Assembly (NCBI GenBank): GCA_900322215.1
Contig: ONYW01000004.1
Coordinates: forward strand, 1,015-65,014
Source: an uncultured Eubacteriales bacterium
GTDB lineage: Bacteria > Bacillota > Clostridia > Christensenellales > CAG-917
Length of the DNA: 64,000 bases
Direction of reading: 5' to 3'
The notes beneath the pieces are model-generated. The model saw only the letters and a program-made list of their open reading frames with translations. It ran no database searches and was not told the DNA's origin. Below, piece after piece: positions 15,223 through 24,266 of the stretch; the stretch's first letter is position 1; each line of letters starts with the position of its first letter. Made by a program: the position numbers and the translations under genes.

Positions 15223-16701
15223 TCATTCCTCGCAGTTGATGATTTGCAGCACCTCGGCAGGGAGCGGATCGGGTGCGGACTCGGACAAAACCCGTTTCTC
15301 GCGCGGAAAACGCTCGCAGGCGTAGACAAATACTTTTTTGTCCGACCACTCGTTGCCCATACGCTTTTCCAACTCGTTGTATTCCTTTATCGTTTCAAAA
15401 ATAACCTGACTGACTCCGACGTACACCGTGTCGCACTTGTGCACGAGCATAAAGTCGAGGACTTCGTCCCTTAGTATAAACGTCACTTGCAGGTTGCTTA
15501 TCGTATAACCGCCGTGGCAGTGAGTGCAACTTTGAAGCATATACTCGTCGTTTTGCAATCTCGCTTTTTTTCTTGTGAGTTCGACAAGTCCGAGCGGAGT
15601 CATGCCGACGGTTGAAGTCTTGAGCCTGTCGTTTTTGAGCGCGTCTTTGAGAGTCTCGATGACCGCCTCTTTGTGCGCTTCGTCCTGCATATCTATGAAG
15701 TCTATGACGACGATACCGCTTATGTTCCTGAGCCTCAGTTGCTTCGCGATGCAAATCGCCGCCGCGATATTCGTCTTGTAGACGGTGTCTTCAAGATCCT
15801 TGCTCCCCGCGAACTTGCCCGTGTTGACGTCGATGACGGTGAGAGCCTCCGTCTTGTCGATGACGATATACGCACCGTTTTCAAGATACACGCGCCTGTC
15901 GCAAATGCGGTTGATTTGCTCGGAGACGTTAAAGTGCGCCATGATGTTGCGCTCGCCCGTGTACACCTCTATCTCCGCTTTTCCGACCTTGCCTTGCAGG
16001 TTTTTTGCGACCTCCGCGTCGTTGACGACGACTTTGTCGACGTCTTCGCCAAAGGTTTCTCTCAGCGCCCTGTCAAACAGCCCCGCCTCTTCAAATACGA
16101 GGGATTTGTCGCTCGCTTGGTTGTAGTCCGCTTGAATGAATTGCCATTGATGCAAAAGGTCCTTCGCCTCCGCGATTATGTCCTCGTCCTTCGCTTTGTC
16201 CGCCGCGGAACGAATGATAAAGCCCATACCTTCCGGGCAAACGGACGACACGAGTTGTTCAAGATATTCACGGCGCGGTTGGCACAAGACCTTTCTCGAT
16301 ACGCCGACAAAACCCGACGTCGGCAGGAGAACGAGGTAGTAGCCCGGAAGCGTAACGTCCGTCGTGAGCCTTGCGCCCTTTTGACCGAACTGGTCCTTGA
16401 CGACTTGGCACATAATGATGTCGCCGGGAGAAAGATTAAGTTTTTTCTTCGGCATAGTAGAGCCTATGCCGTTGCTGTTGACGAGCGTTTCTCCGACGTA
16501 CAAAAAGCCGTTTCTTTCAAGTCCGATATTGACAAACGCCGCCTCCATACCGGAAAGGACGTTTTCAACTCTACCCTTGTAGATGTTTCCGACGATACCG
16601 CGAACGGAAGTCTTTTCGATGGAAAACTCTATGAGTTCACCGTCCTCGACAAGCGCGGCGCGCGTGCAGTATGGTGTGTAGTCAAGTAAAAGTCTTTTCA
16701 T
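15223..16701 (-). CDS. rng: Ribonuclease G/E family (Rng)
   Basis: S1 domain GNIYKGRVENVLSGMEAAFVNIGLERNGFLYV and catalytic block IVIDKTEALTVIDVNTGKF. Confidence 0.9.
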   Translation of the reverse strand: MKRLLLDYTPYCTRAALVEDGELIEFSIEKTSVRGIVGNIYKGRVENVLSGMEAAFVNIGLERNGFLYVGETLVNSNGIGSTMPKKKLNLSPGDIIMCQVVKDQFGQKGARLTTDVTLPGYYLVLLPTSGFVGVSRKVLCQPRREYLEQLVSSVCPEGMGFIIRSAADKAKDEDIIAEAKDLLHQWQFIQADYNQASDKSLVFEEAGLFDRALRETFGEDVDKVVVNDAEVAKNLQGKVGKAEIEVYTGERNIMAHFNVSEQINRICDRRVYLENGAYIVIDKTEALTVIDVNTGKFAGSKDLEDTVYKTNIAAAICIAKQLRLRNISGIVVIDFIDMQDEAHKEAVIETLKDALKNDRLKTSTVGMTPLGLVELTRKKARLQNDEYMLQSCTHCHGGYTISNLQVTFILRDEVLDFMLVHKCDTVYVGVSQVIFETIKEYNELEKRMGNEWSDKKVFVYACERFPREKRVLSESAPDPLPAEVLQIINCEE

Positions 16702-16776
16702 AATTTGCTCTTATATTTTGCACAAACGGCAGTTTAACAACATATTTTATGCGCATAAACTGCTGTTTTTGTATTT

Positions 16777-17421
16777 TCATTTGTTTTGTGTCTCGGTTGA
16801 CAAAAGAGAGTCAACCTCTTCGAGTTGTCCGTCGACATTTGCATATTGCGCGATTTTCACAATGTTTGGAGCGGTCATATCTTCCCCGCAGATTTCATTG
16901 AGGCGAGGGAGCAGTCTGTCAGGTCGAAGATTGTTGTTGCCCGTCGCCAAGCGGAGACAGAGTTTGCCGTCCAGATTGTACACGCCGAGTATCTTGTCTG
17001 CGACTTCTTCCTCTACTACTTCGCCTTTCTTTTTGTAGGAGACGACAAAGCCACTTGACAAATCAATATCTTTGTATGCGGTTGGGAAGACATAGTCGCT
17101 TGCCGTGACTCTACCCTGCAAATTCGGGTTTTTCAAGACGGTAAAAACCTTGCTTGCTTTGAGCACCTCCGGGCAATTTGCGTTGAAGCGGGAAAGCACT
17201 TCGTCCGCCTGCATGTCCGTGTCTATCGCGAGGTATTCCGCGATAGAACTCACTCCGAGCGCAAGAGGCGCGGAAAAGAACAGCAGCGCGTGCGGGCTGA
17301 ATCCGTTGGAAAACTTGACGGGAATCCCCGCCCTTCTTATCGTCCTTGCCGTATGCTTCAAGAGGTCGATGTGAGATATGAAACAGGCTCTGCCCGTCTT
17401 TTCGTATTTTAGGACTATCAT
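16777..17421 (-). CDS. TIGR03936-family radical-SAM-associated protein (DUF2344)
   Basis: Start at MIVLKYEKTG, which forms an ATGA overlap with the upstream stop. RACFISHIDLLKHTARTIRRAGIPVKFSNGFSPH is typical of DUF2344. Confidence 0.8.
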   Translation of the reverse strand: MIVLKYEKTGRACFISHIDLLKHTARTIRRAGIPVKFSNGFSPHALLFFSAPLALGVSSIAEYLAIDTDMQADEVLSRFNANCPEVLKASKVFTVLKNPNLQGRVTASDYVFPTAYKDIDLSSGFVVSYKKKGEVVEEEVADKILGVYNLDGKLCLRLATGNNNLRPDRLLPRLNEICGEDMTAPNIVKIAQYANVDGQLEEVDSLLSTETQNK

Positions 17422-19181
17422 ATCGTGCACCTTCCGAGTTTGTTCGCTCCGCAACCGTTGCACCCCTCACGACAATTCTTCGTGGTGATGCCTTGGTATG
17501 CCAGCGCGCGCTGTGCAAGCAGATACTTCTTGCTCACACCCGAATCTATAAAGTCCCACGGCAATTCCTTGTCCGTGTCTATCGCGCCTACGTATGACGA
17601 CATGGAGAGTCCGCAGTCGTCAAACGCCTGCGTCCAAACATCCCACTTGAAATGCTCGCTCCAACAGTCGAACTTTGCGCCGAGTGCGTATGCGCGCTCG
17701 ATGACTGCCGAGAGTTTTTTGTCGCCTCTTGCAAGCGCGCCTTCAAGCACGGACGTCTCCGCTCCGTGGTAGGAAAAACTTACGCCCTTGACTTGTCTCA
17801 GTTTTTCTCTGAGATACATTTGACGGCGGTGCATCTCTTCAAGCGTGATTTGCGCCTCCCACTCAAAAGGCGTGCAAGGCTTTGGAATGAACACCGCGCA
17901 ACTGACGGATATATTCAGCCCGCGTTTGTGGCGCTTTTGATAGTACAGCCATTTGAGTTTTTTGCAAATCTCGACGATACCGTCAAGATCCTCGTCCGTC
18001 TCGGTCGGGAGCCCCATCATAAAGTAGAGTTTTATGCTCTCATACCCTGCCTCGAACGCGATAGCGATCTTTTCTATCTCCTCTTCGCTGACGTTCTTGT
18101 TGATGACGTCACGAAGCCTTTGCGTGCCCGCCTCGGGCGCAAACGTCAAAGAGTTCTTCTTTGCGTCCTTTGCCATCTCAGGCTTGAAACTGCTGATTCT
18201 AAGGCTCGGAAGCGAGAGGTTGACTTTCTTTTCTTTGCAAAAATCCGAGAGCCCCTCTTCGAGTTTTTCAAGCCCCGTATAGTCGGAAGTCGAGAGCGAG
18301 CAAAGGGAAATCTCGTCAAAGCCCGCGCTCTCCACCATAGTCTTTGCAAGAGCGGTACAACGCTCCGCGCTCCTCTCTCTTATCGGGCGATACCAAAAAC
18401 CCGCTTGGCAAAATCTGCAACCGCTTGCACAACCGCGATACAACTCGACCGTCGCTCTGTCGTGAACGGCTTCTATGTTCGGAACGAGCGGATGCTCGGG
18501 ATAGGAGGCGTTTTCAAAGTCGGGAATGACCGCCTTGACAACCTTTTCGCCGTCCTTTTTGAGGGAGGGAACGTATGCGCCCTGCACGGATTTGATTTGC
18601 TCCAAAATCTCAATTTTTGAAAGGCCCTGCTTTCTGCCGTTTGAGACTATCTTCATAATCTCCAAATCGGCGTCCTCGCCCTCTCCGCAAATGATGACGT
18701 CAAAGAAATCCTCGAACGGCGCGGGGTTGACGGAGCAAGGTCCGCCCGCGAGCATGATAGGATAGGAGTCGTCCCTGTCCTTTGCCCTGAAAGGTATGCC
18801 CGCCAGGTCGAACATATAGAGTACGTTTGTGTAGAGCAGTTCAAATCCGACGGAAAAGCCCACCACCATAAAATCTTTGAGCGGTTTTCTCGTCTCGAGC
18901 GAAAAGAGCGGAATGCCCGCCTTTTTCATCTCCTCCGCCATATCGGGCCAAGGGGCGTAGCATCTCTCGGCGACGAAATTCGGTTGCTTGTTTATGATAT
19001 CGTAAAGAATGGCAACGCCGAGGTTGCTCATGCCGATTTCGTAGACTTCGGGAAAACAAAAGCAAAAGTCGCCGTCCGTACGCTTGCTCATATCGGGAGT
19101 ATTCCACTCCCCGCCGACGTATCTCGCGGGCTTTTCGACCTTTAAGAGTATAGAATTCAGTTTGTCGTCAAAATTTTGCAT
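17418..19181 (-). CDS. TIGR03960-family B12-binding-domain radical SAM protein
   Basis: CASGCRFCQAG cluster motif. The N-terminal B12-binding-like domain and the pairing with DUF2344 are as in many Clostridia. Confidence 0.85.
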   Translation of the reverse strand: MQNFDDKLNSILLKVEKPARYVGGEWNTPDMSKRTDGDFCFCFPEVYEIGMSNLGVAILYDIINKQPNFVAERCYAPWPDMAEEMKKAGIPLFSLETRKPLKDFMVVGFSVGFELLYTNVLYMFDLAGIPFRAKDRDDSYPIMLAGGPCSVNPAPFEDFFDVIICGEGEDADLEIMKIVSNGRKQGLSKIEILEQIKSVQGAYVPSLKKDGEKVVKAVIPDFENASYPEHPLVPNIEAVHDRATVELYRGCASGCRFCQAGFWYRPIRERSAERCTALAKTMVESAGFDEISLCSLSTSDYTGLEKLEEGLSDFCKEKKVNLSLPSLRISSFKPEMAKDAKKNSLTFAPEAGTQRLRDVINKNVSEEEIEKIAIAFEAGYESIKLYFMMGLPTETDEDLDGIVEICKKLKWLYYQKRHKRGLNISVSCAVFIPKPCTPFEWEAQITLEEMHRRQMYLREKLRQVKGVSFSYHGAETSVLEGALARGDKKLSAVIERAYALGAKFDCWSEHFKWDVWTQAFDDCGLSMSSYVGAIDTDKELPWDFIDSGVSKKYLLAQRALAYQGITTKNCREGCNGCGANKLGRCTI

Positions 19182-19182
19182 A

Positions 19183-20124
19183 CTACATCACGAGGCAACT
19201 TGCGCCCACGATACCCGCGTCGTTTTTGAGAGTCGCAGCCACCACTTTTATCTTTGGATTATACTCCGCGCCGTACACGTTGCGAGAGACGTAACGCTGG
19301 AGCGGTTTCACGATATTATCCCCTTGATTTGAGATACCTCCGCCGATTATAAGCACCTCGGGATAGAAGATATTCGCATAGTTCACAAGCCCTATGCCGA
19401 CGTATTTCAAATATTTTTTTACAACCCTTTCGGCAACCTTGTCTCCCTGCTCCTTGCAGTCGAACACGACCTTTCCGCTGAGTCCGTCTTCCGCGACTTT
19501 CTTTGCGAGAAGGCTGTCAGGGTACTTTTTGCAAGCGTCCGAGATTTGGTTCATAAGCGCAGTTGCCGAGGCGTATGCTTCAAGGTGTCCCTTCTTTCCG
19601 CAACCGCAGGTCGCACCGCCGAAGTTTATCGTGATATGTCCGCCCTCCGCGCCTGCCGAGCGATTGCCCGTGAGCAGTTTGCCGTCCACGACAATACCCG
19701 TACCCACGCCCGTGCCGAGGGTGAGCATAACGGTGTTCTTTGCGCCCTTGCCCGCGCCGTATACGGTTTCGCCAAGTGCGGCGCAGTTTGCATCGTTGGA
19801 AACCTTAATATTCTTGATGCCCGTAAAGTCACGGAGAAGTTGTACGATCGGGGTGTTTTTGAAATTTATATTGCAACAATACCTGATGATCCCCTTTTCG
19901 TCATAGACGGAGCCGGGCGAGCCGATGCCGACGCCCGCTATATCGTCCTTTGAAAGACTGTTCTCAAAAAGCAAAGCGGATATGAGATCCGCGATAGATT
20001 TGACAATTTCGACGTCGCTCGCCTGAGCAGAGGTTTCAATCGTTTTTTTGCAGAGAATGGAGCCGTCCTCAACGACTCCCGCCTTAATTGACATTCCGCC
20101 AATATCTATGCCGACGTATTTCAT
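19183..20124 (-). CDS. glcK: ROK-family glucokinase
   Basis: MKYVGIDIGGMSIKAG, zinc motif GGATCGCGKKGHLE, and GGGIS near the C-terminus. Confidence 0.85.
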   Translation of the reverse strand: MKYVGIDIGGMSIKAGVVEDGSILCKKTIETSAQASDVEIVKSIADLISALLFENSLSKDDIAGVGIGSPGSVYDEKGIIRYCCNINFKNTPIVQLLRDFTGIKNIKVSNDANCAALGETVYGAGKGAKNTVMLTLGTGVGTGIVVDGKLLTGNRSAGAEGGHITINFGGATCGCGKKGHLEAYASATALMNQISDACKKYPDSLLAKKVAEDGLSGKVVFDCKEQGDKVAERVVKKYLKYVGIGLVNYANIFYPEVLIIGGGISNQGDNIVKPLQRYVSRNVYGAEYNPKIKVVAATLKNDAGIVGASCLVM

Positions 20125-20232
20125 ATGGACCTCACATATATTTATAGTATAGGTATTTTATAACAAATATATAGAAAAGTCAAATGCAAAATTGAACCGA
20201 TTACAACCGCAAAAACGGAGCGAAATACTCGG

Positions 20233-21060
20233 TTAGAATGCCGATTTCTCCGCTTCTTTGAAAGTTTTTGACAATTTGCTCTTGAGAGCGATTTCACAAA
20301 GGTCCGTCTCAGTCACGTTTTTTATGATTCTTCCTGTTTCGTCAACGATTTGAAAGGTCGTCTCTGCGTTTTTGCTCGTGTGGTGAAAGAAGCGCACAAG
20401 CGGTGTGTTTTCGGAGACTAAAACCGTCTTTCTTTCCACGCCTAAGTCATAGTTTTTAGAATGCACGGACAGCACGTGGAGATAGGTCTCGTCACGCATA
20501 CCGAAAGCCGCGCCGTAAAAAAGAAAGACCGCCATGATCCCGAGCGAAAAATTCACTTTGAAAAAGAATGATACGCAAAACCCCGCAAAGAGCAATACGC
20601 TTGCGATTATGCCGAGGATTTGAAGCACCTTTATGCCCCGCATCTTGTTTTTGCAAAGGGACAGCACGACGCGCGAGCCGTCTAACGGGTAGACAGGGAG
20701 CAAGTTGAAAAGCCCGAGCGAGAGATTAGCAAAAAGAAAAGGCCTCGTCACGCCGTATACGGCGGGAACGAGCCACCACACTCCAAACGTCATGAGCGCG
20801 ACGAGGAAGTTGGTCAAAGGTCCGGCAAGCCCTATGACTATGCCGGACGTCTTGTCAAAGTTTTCATCCATGCTCATCATTGCGCCGTACGGCATAAGCA
20901 CTATGCTTTTTACAACGTACCCGCGCAGTCTGCCAACGACGATATGCCCCGCCTCGTGGAGCACGAGCGCAGCAAAAACGAACAAAAAATTTATCCCCTG
21001 TCCAAGCAATACAAGTATGAGTATAAATGCAAAAAACAGGGGATTAACTTTGAGTTTCAT
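20233..21060 (-). CDS. spoIVFB: M50 site-2 protease, SpoIVFB-like
   Basis: Start at MKLKVNPLFF. HEAGH zinc motif, NLLPVYPLDG motif and a C-terminal CBS-like domain. The position after minDE matches the Bacillus gene order. Confidence 0.75.
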   Translation of the reverse strand: MKLKVNPLFFAFILILVLLGQGINFLFVFAALVLHEAGHIVVGRLRGYVVKSIVLMPYGAMMSMDENFDKTSGIVIGLAGPLTNFLVALMTFGVWWLVPAVYGVTRPFLFANLSLGLFNLLPVYPLDGSRVVLSLCKNKMRGIKVLQILGIIASVLLFAGFCVSFFFKVNFSLGIMAVFLFYGAAFGMRDETYLHVLSVHSKNYDLGVERKTVLVSENTPLVRFFHHTSKNAETTFQIVDETGRIIKNVTETDLCEIALKSKLSKTFKEAEKSAF

Positions 21061-21062
21061 CC

Positions 21063-21308
21063 TTATAAAATGCCGTTTGTGATATTTGCAAACATTTGGC
21101 TCATGGTCTCCACCGCACTCGTTGCACGGAACAAATTTGCAAACAAAAATCCGAGCGAAACAAAGACGCCTATGCAAACGGGTATGATCGCAAGGTCGAG
21201 GACGTCGAGTCCAAGAGACTTTCTCTTTTTCTTTTTGTCGACTTTCGATTCGACAAATTCGTTTTCGGAAACTAATACTTCAAGTTTTTTGTTTTCATCA
21301 TATTCCAT
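21063..21308 (-). CDS. Small membrane protein occupying the SpoIVFA position
   Basis: 81 aa with an acidic/basic N-terminus and one TM helix. Its stop lies 2 nt before the M50 protease start. No LytM domain. Confidence 0.5.
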   Translation of the reverse strand: MEYDENKKLEVLVSENEFVESKVDKKKKRKSLGLDVLDLAIIPVCIGVFVSLGFLFANLFRATSAVETMSQMFANITNGIL

Positions 21309-21369
21309 AACTCACCTCACCGTACAATGTATTGCGGGCATGTCAAAAATATGACTTGCAAAACGATTT

Positions 21370-21627
21370 TTATACGCTCTTTTTCAGCGTCGTGCAAAAA
21401 GTCTTTATTTTTGTGGCGTCGGCGGAAATTGAGATTTCGATTTTGCCGTTTTCGTTTTCTTTTATGTCAACCCGCGGTTTGTCCTCTATCTCGAAGTAGT
21501 CGCGGAGGACCGTCAAAATCTCCCCTTTGAACGAAGTCAAAAAGCCGTCGGAAAGCCCAAACTTGTCGTTTGTCAACATGTCACGGAGGCGCGCCTCTAC
21601 GATACTGTTTATTTTCATCGCCACCAC
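21370..21627 (-). CDS. minE: Cell division topological specificity factor MinE-like
   Basis: EARLRDML..FLTSFKGEILTVLRDYFEIED resembles the MinE KERLxxxL..xxLExxKxEILxVIxKYxEID block. An alternative start is at 21618. No clear N-terminal membrane-targeting helix. Confidence 0.65.
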   Translation of the reverse strand: MVAMKINSIVEARLRDMLTNDKFGLSDGFLTSFKGEILTVLRDYFEIEDKPRVDIKENENGKIEISISADATKIKTFCTTLKKSV

Positions 21628-22358
21628 CTTCTCTTTCTTTTGGGTTCAACCTCGAACGTGCCTTGAACGACGTTTTTTACAAGCGCTTCAAACGCTTTCC
21701 TCGACGGAGCGAAGTCGGGGGCTTTGCCGAGTTGTTGATAGACCGTTATCACGTCGTCGTCGGGAATCGCACCGACGAGCGTCGTATGAAGCAGTTTTGC
21801 GATTTCAAACGGAGAAAGCATCTCCCCTCGTGACACCAAGTCGTGGCGAAGCATATTGACGACGAGCGAAGTTGACTTTAAGTTGTAGGTGGAAAGTAGC
21901 CTGAACACCTTGTCCGCGTCGCGAATCGCGGAGGCTGACGGCGTCGTGACGACGATAGCCTCGCTTGCCGAGGACACCGCCCTGTGAAAGCCGTGTTCTA
22001 TGCCCGCGGGGCAGTCTATAAGCAAGAAGTCGAACATCCCCTGCATGCTGTCCACAACGCCCCTGAACGCCTGCGAAGACACGTCTTCGCTGTTCACCGA
22101 AGACGGCAAAATCCGCATAGACGACTCGCTGTCAAGCACGAGTGCCTGATACGGTCTGCACCGCCCTGCAAGCACGTCTCCTATGTCGTACACTATGCGC
22201 GACTCTACTCCCGTCACCACGTCCAAATTGTTGAGCCCCACGTCGCCGTCTATAAGTACGACCTTAAAGCCCTGCTTTGCAAGCGTCCTGCCAAGCGTCG
22301 CGGTGATGGTCGTCTTGCCAACCCCGCCCTTGCCCGATGTAATCACGATTTTTCTCAT
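21615..22358 (-). CDS. minD: Septum site-determining ATPase MinD
   Basis: Deviant Walker A: ITSGKGGVGKTTITATLG. ParA/MinD layout. Confidence 0.9.
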   Translation of the reverse strand: MRKIVITSGKGGVGKTTITATLGRTLAKQGFKVVLIDGDVGLNNLDVVTGVESRIVYDIGDVLAGRCRPYQALVLDSESSMRILPSSVNSEDVSSQAFRGVVDSMQGMFDFLLIDCPAGIEHGFHRAVSSASEAIVVTTPSASAIRDADKVFRLLSTYNLKSTSLVVNMLRHDLVSRGEMLSPFEIAKLLHTTLVGAIPDDDVITVYQQLGKAPDFAPSRKAFEALVKNVVQGTFEVEPKRKRRWWR

Positions 22359-22563
22359 AGCATTATTCTAAATAATGCACAACAAAAATTGATGACTGTT
22401 TTTGTCTATTTTAGGCTTTTTTGAGTATACACACTTCGTGTGTTTAATATTATTGATGGTTGAAATAGAAAAATAAAGAAATATCTTGATATATAAAACT
22501 CGTCTAAAACCGCTCAGGTTGGATGAAGAGCGCGGAAAAGCCCGCACTCAGGCAACATACTAT

Positions 22564-22690
22564 AAAACTGCGTGATTGAGATGAGATGCTAGGAAACAAA
22601 AAAAATCACACCGCCCAATGTACATAAACGTACATGACGGTGTGTATTTTTTGTAGTTGACAACGCAGGTCGCTCAATCACGACAGTTTT
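22564..22690 (-). repeat. Copy 2 of the roughly 125-nt structured repeat family
   Basis: Same boxes as 5055-5180, on the opposite strand. Outer arms AAAACTGtCGTGATTGAG / CTCAATCACGCAGTTTT. Internal ATGTAC-gtttat-GTACAT hairpin. Inner stem ACACACCG/CGGTGTG followed by T8. Confidence 0.75.
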
Positions 22691-23676
22691 ACGCCGAGCA
22701 TATCGGAGAGCAGGTTCTTATCGTCAAAGAACTTCGCACCGCCGATGGCGACTGCGTTTTCGATGTCGTCGAGCGGGGTAACAGGAAGTTCCAAAGCCTG
22801 CTCGATATAGTCGATGAGTCCCGGAATGTGGAGAGAACCGCCGCTTATGAAGATACCCTTGCGAAGGATCTCGGCAGAGAGTTCGGGCGGAGTCTGGTTG
22901 AGCACGGACATGATGACTTCGATTATGTCGTCAACGAGCGGAATAACCGCGTTGCGCATGCCCTCGGCCGTCACGAAGAGCGAACGAGGCGTGCCGTCCT
23001 TTCCGCCGCCGCTGACAGCATAACTGCCCTCGTCGTTGAGATAGAAGGAGAGCGCGGACTTTTTGAGTTTTTCCATCGTAAAGTCGCCGATTTTTATGCC
23101 GTAACCTTGGTAGAATTCGTCTATTATCGCATTGTTGAACGCGTCGCCCGCGATATTCACCGTGCAACCCGTTGCGATGCCGTGATTTGTGACTGCCGCA
23201 ATTTCCGTCTTTCCGCCGCCGATGTCCACGAACAGTCCGCCGACCGAGCCCGTGTAGGCAAGAAGGGAGAGCGGAGACTCAACGAGCGTGATTTCGCTCA
23301 TGCCCGCCCTAAGACAACACTTTTCAACCGCGCGCCTGTCCGAATTTGAAGAAGACGAGCAAATAGAAACGATAGCCTTGACTCTCGGTTTGATAAAAGT
23401 CTGCGGCAAAATACGCTTCAAAAAGTGTTCGAGGAGCATCGTTGCCATCTCTTCGTCGACGATTATGCCTTCCTTTATCGGAGAGATGATCTTCGCACCG
23501 CCGAGAGAGCCGTTCATAATGCTCTCCGCGCGGTAGCCCGCCTCTCGGATTTCGAGTTTGTTGCGGTTTTGAGTGGCAATAGCAATGGCAGGCTCGCGAA
23601 GCACAAGCCCTATGCCCTTTTGGTATATGGTGATAAATTTACTGCCGAGGTCGACAGAAAGTTCAATGAACGCCAT
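22678..23676 (-). CDS. mreB: Divergent MreB/Mbl-like actin homologue
   Basis: Start at MAFIELSVDLGS, which overlaps maf by 14 nt. Also REPAIAIA, ISPIKEGIIVDEEMATMLLEHF, FVDIGGGKTEIA and ISGGSLHIPGL. No mreC or mreD follows. Confidence 0.75.
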   Translation of the reverse strand: MAFIELSVDLGSKFITIYQKGIGLVLREPAIAIATQNRNKLEIREAGYRAESIMNGSLGGAKIISPIKEGIIVDEEMATMLLEHFLKRILPQTFIKPRVKAIVSICSSSSNSDRRAVEKCCLRAGMSEITLVESPLSLLAYTGSVGGLFVDIGGGKTEIAAVTNHGIATGCTVNIAGDAFNNAIIDEFYQGYGIKIGDFTMEKLKKSALSFYLNDEGSYAVSGGGKDGTPRSLFVTAEGMRNAVIPLVDDIIEVIMSVLNQTPPELSAEILRKGIFISGGSLHIPGLIDYIEQALELPVTPLDDIENAVAIGGAKFFDDKNLLSDMLGVKLS

Positions 23677-24238
23677 AATATACTCCGAATTTTTCAAGCA
23701 CTTGCGACAGTTTTTCTCTCGGGAGTCCGACGATGTTGGAATAACTGCCCTTGTACTCATCGACGACTTGGTCGTCTTGAATGCCGTATGCGCCGGCTTT
23801 GTCAAGAGGATTCTTTTCGTCCACGTACTTTATTATTTGCTCGTCGGAGAGTTTTTTTATCTTAACTCTTGATTTTTCGACAAAGGATTCGCTTCTTCCC
23901 TCGAAGTTGACGGTGACGCCCGTGTAGACGTCGTGCCACTCTCCGCGGAGTTCTTTGAGCATTTCGATAGCGCGCTCGCGCGTCAAAGGCTTGCTGAATC
24001 TCTTGTCGCCCATGATGACGACTGTATCGGCGGCAATGACGACGGCTTTTTCGTCGTTTATGCAATTCGCCTTTTCCTGAGACAGTTTTTTGACGAGTTT
24101 TTCAGGCGATCTTTCAAAGATTGTATTCTCGTTGAAATCAGGCGCTACGACTTCAAACTCCACGCCCATTTTGGAAAGGATTTCTTTCCGTCTCGGAGAA
24201 CTTGATGCAAGAATAAATTTTGGTGCTTCTTTTGTCAT
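23663..24238 (-). CDS. maf: Maf-like nucleoside triphosphate pyrophosphatase
   Basis: Start at MTKEAPKFILASSSPRRKEIL. AGAYGIQD motif. Confidence 0.85.
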   Translation of the reverse strand: MTKEAPKFILASSSPRRKEILSKMGVEFEVVAPDFNENTIFERSPEKLVKKLSQEKANCINDEKAVVIAADTVVIMGDKRFSKPLTRERAIEMLKELRGEWHDVYTGVTVNFEGRSESFVEKSRVKIKKLSDEQIIKYVDEKNPLDKAGAYGIQDDQVVDEYKGSYSNIVGLPREKLSQVLEKFGVYYGVH

Positions 24239-24266
24239 ATATGTATTTCCTAAAAAAGTAGTCTGA

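Noticed and set aside
15673-16689. 338-aa plus-strand ORF
   Set aside because: Antisense to the RNase G gene. Shadow ORF.
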